DNA of 63,362 bases, counting the filler, from Octopus bimaculoides (lineage: Eukaryota): the NCBI RefSeq assembly GCF_001194135.2. It is 7 parts of 7 records of this genome, joined end to end, with 100 filler letters (N's around TTAATTAATTAA, not from the genome) between each part and the next. Parts side by side here need not be neighbours in the genome. Positions count along the whole stretch, not along the records: positions 53,231 to 60,996 come from NC_068981.1; positions 61,097 to 62,160 come from NW_026383455.1; positions 62,261 to 63,362 come from NW_026326209.1; 4 more parts are not named here. One strand, written 5' to 3'. The translations under genes and the position numbers were made by a program. Of the stretch, positions 54,202 to 63,362 are shown one piece after another. Under the pieces are notes generated by a model, which saw only the letters and a list, made by a program, of their open reading frames with translations, was not told the DNA's origin and did no database searches. Positions within the stretch are counted from its first letter, which is position 1. Each line of letters begins with the position of its first letter.

Positions 54202-55605
54202 CTTACATTCACACACACACATGAGATATCTTATAGGAGACAAAGTGGTGTAGACCTGTGTGTATGAATTAGATATAAAAATCATATAATGATTTAGGTA
54301 AGTGAATTGGTCACATCTCATAGGAAGTAACAAGACATCCTTATAATCAAAAAAGATAATAAACTCAATATAAATATAGAAAGGCTAAGATTTAGTTCTT
54401 GAAGAGTGGAAGTAAAAAGTCAAGGACGAAAAATATAAGGAAAAATCTAAGTGGCAAAAGTCAAACCGATGAAAATACTACTTCAGTAGTAGAATATAAA
54501 GACCATTATGTTAAAAAGACTATGAGTCTCAGTTATAAATTCGGGAAATTAGATTTACATATGTATCTCTTCTATTTAAAGAATAAGTTGGTATAAACCA
54601 AGTGCTATTTACTAGAGAAATATTTGAAGCCTTTTATATATCTACATGAGCAATTATGGTTCTAGAATGTAACAAATTTAATTTTGAGATAAGCATATCG
54701 AACATTTTCTCCTGGCAAATTTGACATTTAAAATAATCGGTAGTGTACGGTGGAACGCTACTTAGAATGGACCATTGATGTTCTTGCCTTTACATTCCAT
54801 TTGCATTTAATTAGATAAGTGCAATTAATATTTTTCCTAAATGCAAATAAAGGGAGATTGTTATATAACTTACATTTAAAGTTAGTGGCACAGAAACGTA
54901 TGTAATAGTATGTAACATCTTCAGTTGATACCGTAAGTTGATAGATTAACTTCTTGAAGTACTCATATTTTACTGGACATTTAAGGCAGTATCTACAATT
55001 ACAGAGGATATATTGCTGTCTAAGTACTTACGGGTTAAGACGTTTGGTGTAAACTTTATTTGTAGAACTAAGTCTTAAAATAGGATTATTAAATAGGTTA
55101 TCATTATTACTATGTAGTATGCCCAAAGTAATATGATTGGAGCTAACTGCACCTGGAGTGACAAATTTCGGACGAGATAAACATCTAGTTCTTCATTAAT
55201 ATAGACTTTATGGGAAAAGTTACAATTCCCATTACTACTAACATCAACATCTCCATACGTATTACTAACATAAGGCAATTTCCATTATAGTTCTTCGCGC
55301 AATGAACATTATACTTTCTATGGTTTACTACTTTCAAACTTTTAATGTTGCGTGCTGCATTAATTTCGCTCCAAAAAATCACCCAAATAACGAAATACAT
55401 GATTTAACTACAATGCGCTGACTTTTTTTCTTATAACTCATCGTTTTGGCTTTTCCCAAAAATTAAAAGCTTTCAGTATATATGTTTGTGTGTTTGTGAG
55501 TGAGTGTGTGTGTGCGTGCCTGCGTGTGTGTGTGTGTGTGTGTGTGCGTGCGTGCGCGCGTGCGTTTGTGTGCGCGTGTGTATGTGTGTATTTGTACGTA
55601 CATGT

Positions 55606-56085
55606 ATATATTATTATTATTATCATCATCATCAACTTCATCATTATTTCCATATTACTTCTCAGAACTCCCCATTTTATTTGCTCTGGTTAATTCTCGA
55701 AGAGCGAATAGCAAGCTTTTGCCAAAGGTCTGTCGGGCTCTTTCCGCGATACTTAACACCCAAGTACCAATCACAAAATCCTAGCTGCCCCTAATTGAGG
55801 AGTTTTCTGAGCATGTTCAACCGTCATGTCAATTCCAATTTCTCCAGCATATTTCTCAAACATGCTTGTTAGTTTTCCCACTGTCTCTACAACTACTGGA
55901 ATTACAGATACTCCCTTCATTGTCTCTATTCATGCAATTTCGTCATTTAATAGCTTGTACCTTTCAATATTTTCCAGCTCTTTGTCTCCTACTCGTGCAT
56001 CCCCAGGTATGTCGATATTCACTACAAGAATGTCTGGTTTCCAAGCATCAATCACTGAGTCACACTGGATTAGCATGCCGGGCAA
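55606..56085 (-). mobile_element. R4/Dong-type LINE 3' fragment (RLE domain) with (TGA)n(TAA)n tail
   Basis: IQCDSVIDAWKPDILVVNIDIPGDARVGDKELE..YKLLNDEIA..VIPVVVETVG is a PD..D..EK-type RLE; tail at 55606-55640. Confidence 0.7.
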
Positions 56086-56289
56086 AATGCTTAGCGGCAT
56101 TTCGTCCGTCCTTATGTTCTGAATTCAAATTTCGCCGAGGTCGACTTTGCCTTTCATCCTTTCGGGATCGACAAATTAAGTACAAGTGAAACACTGCAGT
56201 TGTCGTCATCGATTTGTTCCCTCCACCAAAATTTCAAGCCTTGTGCCTATAGTACAAAGGATTATTCAGTAGTCTTATATTTATCATGT

Positions 56290-58960
56290 GCTTTCGCTGC
56301 ACTACCAAATGCAGTTCGTGTGCTTTGGAAATGTGCTGTGGTTTGTTGTGGTGCGCTTATTTTCATTGTATTGAAAGTTCTTTACGTAGGATGTGCACGG
56401 TACCTAGTAGTGTTATTTTCTGTATGATATATACATTTGTAAGTCCTGGTGCTTTGGTTGTGTGTCCGCCTGAATGCATTTTAATCATACGTAATGCATC
56501 TCTTATTATAGGAATTGTTTCTGTTTTTAGATTCCACATTCGGGTTACATTTTTTTCCAGGTCCTTGTATTCTGAGAGTTTCTCCGTTTCTTTTAGAGAT
56601 ATATTGTCATCTGTTGGTATTGATATATCGAATAGAAGGCATTGTTTTTCTTGATTATCACTGACAGTTATGTCCAGTTTATTACCCTTGATTACCCCGT
56701 CTGTTAGTATTGGCATATTCCAGAGTACGGTGGCTTTGTCATTTTTGAGACCTTTTCTGAGGTGTGCTTATACCATCTTTTCCGTTGTCATTCCATAGTG
56801 TTGGCATAGCTTCGAGTGTACATAGGTTCCACGTCTCTCATATCTGAGGATTTATTCCTTCTTAGCCAGGACTGGGTAACCAGAGACTATATAATTTATT
56901 GTTTCTTCTCCATCACCACATATTTTTCAGTTACTTGTTTTATTTTTCTTCATTATGTGTTTCTGATGATTTCTGGTCGGGAGCCGTTCTTGTTCTACAG
57001 CTAAAAATCCTTCAAGTCTCTGCTTTCAGCCCTGAGCTTCTCAGCCATTGCCGTGTAAGAGCTTTTCTTGCCATCATTTTATGATGATACTTTGTTCGAG
57101 TTTTAGTTTAGAATTCAGTTGTTTTACACCTTTTGTTGTTTCCTCTTTTTCTTCATAGCTACCAGATACTATGACCTCTTTCTTGTATTTTTCAGCTTCT
57201 TTAAAAACAGAAAACAGTTTTTGTTTTGCTCGTGTTTTCTGGCTATTTGTACTAGTTTTGCTTGCTTCAGAATCACGTATTTCAATAATCCTATGGTAGT
57301 TGCATTATAAAAGTTTTCTAGTTGTATAAGGCCTCTACCACCTTAAATTCATTTACGTATAGAACTTTTATATCAGATATTGAGTGGTGTATCCAAAATT
57401 CTTTCATTATTTTTATTGTTTTCCTGTTTAATTTGGTTAATTTATTTAGAGTCCAATTAAGAATATCGTGGCAGTAACATAACTGGGACGGTTAGAGCGG
57501 TGATACATATTATCTTGTTTGTCACATTGAGCTCTGTTTTAAGTATTAATCTAATTCGTCTATAGTATTCCTTTGTTACCTTCTCTTTCATTTGTCTGTG
57601 TTGTGGTATTTTTACTCTTTCTGTCATTTCTTTTTTCATCAATATATCTATTTCCAGAATCCCTAAGTACTTATAGCTCGTCTCTTCTATCTGCTTCATA
57701 ACCTTTCCCGATGGTATCGTTAGCCTGTCCATACATTTGATCTTGCCTCTCTTCAAAACTAATACACCACACTCAGTCCGAACTTCATTCTGATACTACC
57801 ACTGAAGATATACCCCGCATCAACGAGGGAACTGACCATAAAGAATTTTACCATTAAGTTTGAGTTCATCCATGAATAACAAATAGTTGACTTTTAGCTG
57901 GCGGCTTTTGAATACATACCCAGATTTAACTTTTCTCAGAATCAGTGTTAATGGTATCGAGTACAGTACAATGATCAGTGGGGACAAGCAGTCACCTTGG
58001 AAGATGCCACTCCCAATTTCTACTGTCCTTAAATTTCTTCTGTGTGCTGTCAGGTCCATCCTCGAATCCGCCATACTTTTTCCAATCAATCCCTGAACAT
58101 TCGATGCAATACCAAATAGGTTCATACACTCCATAATCCAAAAATGTGGGATCATATCGTACGCCTAACGGTAATCGATCCATGACATGGCTAAGTTACT
58201 TTTCCTCCTCTTGTAGTCTCTAAGTAGTTTTGTCTATCAGGAGATGATCCTTGATACTTCTGCACTTAAGCTTGCAACCCTTCTGCTCATGTGGCAGGAC
58301 CCAGATGTTCGCACATTGACTCTTCGAGTATTCCAGTCAATGACATCCGCATAAGTGGCAAATAGGATATCGGCCTGTAATTGTCTACCGTATTGCTTTT
58401 TTCGATGTTTTCAGGCACAGAACTGTTCTACCCAATGTCAACCACTCTGATATTACTTGGTCGACATTTAACAAGGTGTTAAGTTGCACAGCTATTCGTG
58501 CATGACATTCACCAAATCTTTGATCCAGTAGCCTTGAACTCCATCTGCCCCGGGGTCTTCCAGATCCTTAATTTTTTGCTGATTTCTTTCACTTCCCTAA
58601 CTAGAATGACTAGTTCTGCCTGTTTTGGACATAGTACTGTTTGTTTCAGTTCTTGCAACCATTCAGCATCCTTCTTGTGCTCCTTGTCTTCGCTCCAGAT
58701 GTCACTCCAAAACTTTTGACTTTCAATGTTATCTGTTATTAACTTTTCATCTGTACAGTTTCCATTTATTTATTTATAGAATCTCTTCCGATCTACTCTG
58801 AATAAGCTATTCTGGTGGTAACCCTTCATTCTTTGGTCGTATCTTACCATCTTTGAAATGAGGCACTATTGCAGTTCCTCCACGACTACTTTCAGGCCCT
58901 TTCTTTCAATATTATACTTCCTTTTCAGTGCCCTGTATTTATGTTCGCTTTATAGACAGT
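56290..58960 (-). mobile_element. Decayed R4/Dong-type LINE (RT plus C-terminal RLE), about 2.7 kb
   Basis: GIFQGDCLSPL..YLLFMDELKL RT motifs; ILTD..NKLDITV..LFDISIPTDDNISLKETEKLSEYKDL..RMW RLE; N-terminal QNSLFRVDRKRFY..FWSDIW..AEWL; many stops and frameshifts. Confidence 0.85.
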
Positions 58961-60945
58961 TAATTTATAGTAATCCTAGAAATCTTGACAATATTTATGA
59001 CTATACGCAGTTATGTGTTGTCATCTCACTCCTGCCATCCATTCTAAACAGACACAGTCCTCTAGTCTTAGATTTGGTAGTTGATAAAAAGACTAAACAT
59101 TTAAAAATGAACCACAATCCTTTACAAGCTATGACCCCAACAAACTTCATACAGCTCTTACAAGTGTAGTATATTCATAGGTACATTAGTGGCAGCATGG
59201 ACTCTTTCCGTCTTCTTGTTCTATTAGAGCATTTGAGTAAAATTATATTAATGTGTCCAACTGATTAAAAATTTATTTATTCATTTATGCAGCTGAGGAT
59301 AGCCCTGCATTTTAAATGATTTAATGATTGCATTGTTCAATTAAANNNNNNNNNNNNNNNNNNNNNNNNNNNNNNNNNNNNNNNNNNNNNNNNNNNNNNN
59401 NNNNNNNNNNNNNNNNNNNNNNNNNNATATATATATATATATATATATAATTGAAATGTACGTATATGTGTATGTTTGTATGTGTGTGTGTATTTATAGC
59501 GAGAGAGAGAGAAATAAGAGGCATAAAAAAAAAGTACAGATAATGCATTTCTGCTACTAATGCTGTTTAGAATCACAGTTTCGACACAGATTACATACAC
59601 TTAGGCTTGTTTTACAGAAACTAAAATATGTCATATAGACTTAGACACAATAAGCGAAATATTTTCTGAATATATTCTGACTATATGAATCTATTTCTTA
59701 TTTGCTTTGTAAATATGTTTCAATTTCAGAATTTTAATTTGTACACACACCCAAACTCGATCCCTCTTTTGTGCTGTGCTGTTGATTTTAAACAATGCTT
59801 ATTTAAATCTGATAAAATGTATTATATATCTATCTACGTTTAATATTGTGAGCAGCCATCTGTTGCTGAGATGAATGAGAAATGTAATATGCAACACATA
59901 TCGCCTCCTTTGGAAGACTGATAGAATTATTCATTTTTGTCACTGTTGTCCTTTTATGACTGCGCACCAAAATGCATATATAGACAGATATACAAGTAAA
60001 AGTATGTTTCTATGGATGCATGTTGTGTGTATCGATATGTACATATATCTCTGTATACTTGTATACATAAAAATATACACAAATATTTCCTATTTAAAAA
60101 CAATACTGAGTAATAATTCACATACCGATGATAATTAAAACTGAATGGCATTATTTATATTTATAGAGCTGGAAACTATATAATATTTTCTGTATTACAG
60201 CAACGTTTGGGTGAATGTAATTTTGAAATATATTTAGATTCCAGTAAATATTATTGTCTATTCAGTGATGAATTGAACTTTCCTCTCAAATTCTTCTATT
60301 TATTGCTGTTTCCTTCGCTTGAAACACAAAGTTTAGAAAAATTAGAATAACAAAAATGACACTATAGTTGCGTGTTCACAAATGACTGCATAGTGGAATC
60401 ACTCTGACATCAGGTTTCCAAATGTGTTGCTCGTGTACCCGCATTGGCTCTCACAATGACTGTCCAATCTTGATCGAGTAAATTAGATTTCCGCTTTTGC
60501 TATTAATATTTGTGTTTTGTAAATAGTTTGTTCCCTCTTTTAGTGTTTCGATAGCTCTATTCAAATATATTTATACACACATATATGCGTGTATGCGTAT
60601 CTGTGAGTGTATGCATGTGTAAATATAAATACACGTACACGTATATGTACTAGACACATACGGGAGAGCGTGACGATTGATATTTGAAACAAATTTTAAC
60701 TTCAATACATGATTCAATTCACCGTAGAAGACATTGTACAAACATGTGCAGGAACAATTACACTAGCACATATGCATACTATGCGCATAGATCTGCGCTA
60801 ACACATCGGTGTAATCTTAAAACATTCGGTATTGTATAATTTACATTAACACATATGAATATTATATATATAACTCTCCCTCTCTCTCTCTCTCCCTCTC
60901 TCTCCCCCTCTCTCTCTCTCCCTCTCTCTCTCCCTCTCTATCTCC

Positions 60946-60990
<45 letters not shown>

Positions 60991-61550
60991 GATATANNNN
61001 NNNNNNNNNNNNNNNNNNNNNNNNNNNNNNNNNNNNNNNNTTAATTAATTAANNNNNNNNNNNNNNNNNNNNNNNNNNNNNNNNNNNNNNNNNNNNAAAA
61101 ATATATATAATGCATATACACACACATATACATATGTATGTATATGAATATAGGTATGTGTATTGGTGCGATTGTGTTCACTGTGTTGGAAATCCGTATA
61201 GCTTGTTAGTGTCCACAATCTGTAGTGTTAATTTTCATAGATTATTGTAAAATCAATTCAGTGCAATGACGACTTATACTAGTGGACAGTTAATTTATAT
61301 AACTTATCGTTTATCAATGCTAATTCGAAGTTCATATTTAATTTACACTTTTACTCACCTTTTATAAATACATCTCAAGGCATATATTTATATAAATACA
61401 CAGTCTCAGACACACATATAAGCAAGGAAAGCTTCCTCGTGCTCTCTTTCTCAAAGAATATATAATGACCATTATTTATACTTTTTCTATATACATATAC
61501 ATACATGCATATATATATTTAGTCTGTATTTTAGTCTGTGTTCTTTAGCA

Positions 61551-61665
61551 AGACACTATTTCACGTTGCTCCAGTTCACTCAGCTGTAGAAATGAGTTGC
61601 GACATCACTGGTGCCAAGCTGTATTGGACTTTGCCTTTTCCTTGGATAACATCTGTGGTGTGGTG
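61551..61665 (+). mobile_element. SINE family A internal fragment
   Basis: gcaagacactatttcacgttgctccagttcactcagctgtag. Confidence 0.75.
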
Positions 61666-61774
61666 AGGCGAGGCAACAGTGAGAAAAGAAAAAGCGAGAA
61701 AAAGATGTCAAAAAGAAGGCTTTATTATATTATGTATTATAACGTGTTTCATCCAAAAATAAAAATATAAACAA

Positions 61775-62160
61775 GGCGCAGATGTCACTGCGTGATAAGA
61801 AGCTTGGCTCTCAACTGCATGGTTCCGGTTTCAGTCGTACTGCGTGGCACTGTCGGCGAGTGTCTTCTACTATAACCTTCGCACTGCGTGGCAATTGTCT
61901 TCTACTATAGCCTCGAGCCGACCAAAGCCTTGTGAGTGGATTTGGTAGACGGAAACTGAATGAAGGCCGTCGTATATATATATATATATATATGTGTGTG
62001 TTTGTGTGTCTGTGTTTGTCCCCCCAACATCGTTTGACAACCGATGCTGGCGTGTTTACATACCCGTCATTTAGCGCTTCGGCAAGAGAGAACGATAGAA
62101 TAAGTACTAAGCTTACAAAGAATAAGTCCTGGGTCGATTTGTTCGACTAAAGGCGGTGCT
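61775..62160 (+). mobile_element. SINE family C, near full length, with a short internal duplication; a head fragment lies at 62261-62305 (-)
   Basis: ggcgcagatgtcactgcgtgataagaagcttgg..aaagaataagtcctgggtcgatttg..aaggcggtgct. Confidence 0.85.
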
Positions 62161-62806
62161 NNNNNNNNNNNNNNNNNNNNNNNNNNNNNNNNNNNNNNNN
62201 NNNNTTAATTAATTAANNNNNNNNNNNNNNNNNNNNNNNNNNNNNNNNNNNNNNNNNNNNCGGAACCATGTGGTTGGTAAGCAAGCTACTTACCACACAG
62301 CCTCTCCTAAAATAATAATAATAAAAGTGTAAAAGTGTAAAGAATGATATATCAGTTGAATAAAGTTAAAACATGATCTGGTTTTACCGTTTTTTATTAT
62401 TGTATTTAAAAAGATTCTTTTTACAATGTTGAAGTGTGTTAAACATTAAAAAATATTTAGTAATGTTCATGAAATTCAATTAGTGCTTTCATACATTCGT
62501 AGTAATCATTAGATTTCAAAATGTATTTAACTGAGAGTTGAGTGTTTGACATACAAAAGGTAATGTTTATATCCAACTTCACGTGATTTTTTTGTTGGAA
62601 CGCAGAATACTATGGTAATTTCCTTGTGAGAGCCTCTCATATGGATGCATCGTGTATAAAAGAATCCATATTTATATCCTTCGCAGACGAAAATTGTGTG
62701 TTTCGGGCACCGAATGAGCCAGATAAAGTAATTTAGATCTACTGTGTCTCCTAAATGAAAGCCATCGACTGCCCATTTGTCACCCTAATCTCACTGCCAA
62801 CTATAT

Positions 62807-62841
<35 letters not shown>

Positions 62842-63109
62842 TGTGTTTCAGCCAAGTGGCTGCGGTCATGCTGGTGCACCACCGTGAAGAGCCTCTCATA
62901 TATATAGGATTCTGGTGACTTCAGATACTGATGTCATAAATAGCTAGTAGACTTATTAAGAATTAATTATTAGCGACAGAAGTAGTATCATTATGAATTA
63001 TTATAGCTATTATACACACATAGAAGCATATATACCATACATCTCCTTCTGTGTATATATATATATATATATATATACTACCAAACACATTTTGTTGAAC
63101 ACTTTTAAA

Positions 63110-63224
63110 ACTGTTTTAAACATTTTCATATTATCAAAGAATGTATATATGTATTTTAATACTTGAACTGTTTTCAACATTTTCTTAATATTATCAAAGA
63201 ATGTATATATGCATTTTAATACTT
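63110..63224. repeat. Two-copy tandem repeat, about 57-bp period
   Basis: actgtttt..atattatcaaagaatgtatatatg.attttaatactt occurs twice. Confidence 0.85.
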
Positions 63225-63362
63225 TTGTGTCAACCAGTACTTAACACAACAAAGCTTATACAGAGCCTTACGTTTTACTTTTGACAAACTTTTTCTAAAA
63301 AAGTGAAAAGGTCAAGTGAATAAACATCTTTAAAATTGCATTTTCAGACCGTCTTTCATATA

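Overview
AT-rich, gap-riddled animal genomic DNA. The dense (TA)n/(CA)n/(GATA)n/(ATT)n microsatellites and SINE families point to an octopod cephalopod draft assembly (inference). Nearly all supplied ORFs are microsatellite or N-gap artefacts. The recognisable coding remnants are decayed transposons: two Tx1/L1-type ORF2 3' ends, an L1/Tx1-type zinc-knuckle ORF1 piece, a CR1/L2-type ORF2 tail, a Penelope-like RT+GIY-YIG element, two R4/Dong-type RLE LINEs and a Tc1/mariner (maT-like) transposase. There are also about 25 tRNA-derived SINE copies in three families, a hAT-Charlie-type non-autonomous element with TIRs and TSD, and a probable Helitron-type element. The key non-repeat signal is absent from the ORF track: six 30-nt, phase 1-1 exons on the + strand at 49549-51722, each with canonical splice sites. 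They alternate between two classes and splice to an acidic, E/T/V-rich 20-aa repeat (EVITEKVTRT-ETRSEVESTV-DVVQQDERPK-EQPSEAEATV-EIIRETETRI-EKPSEVESTV). The array lies between two ~0.64-kb direct repeats 3874 bp apart, the second running into an unsized gap, so it may be larger than assembled. No start or stop exon of the host gene could be identified with confidence.
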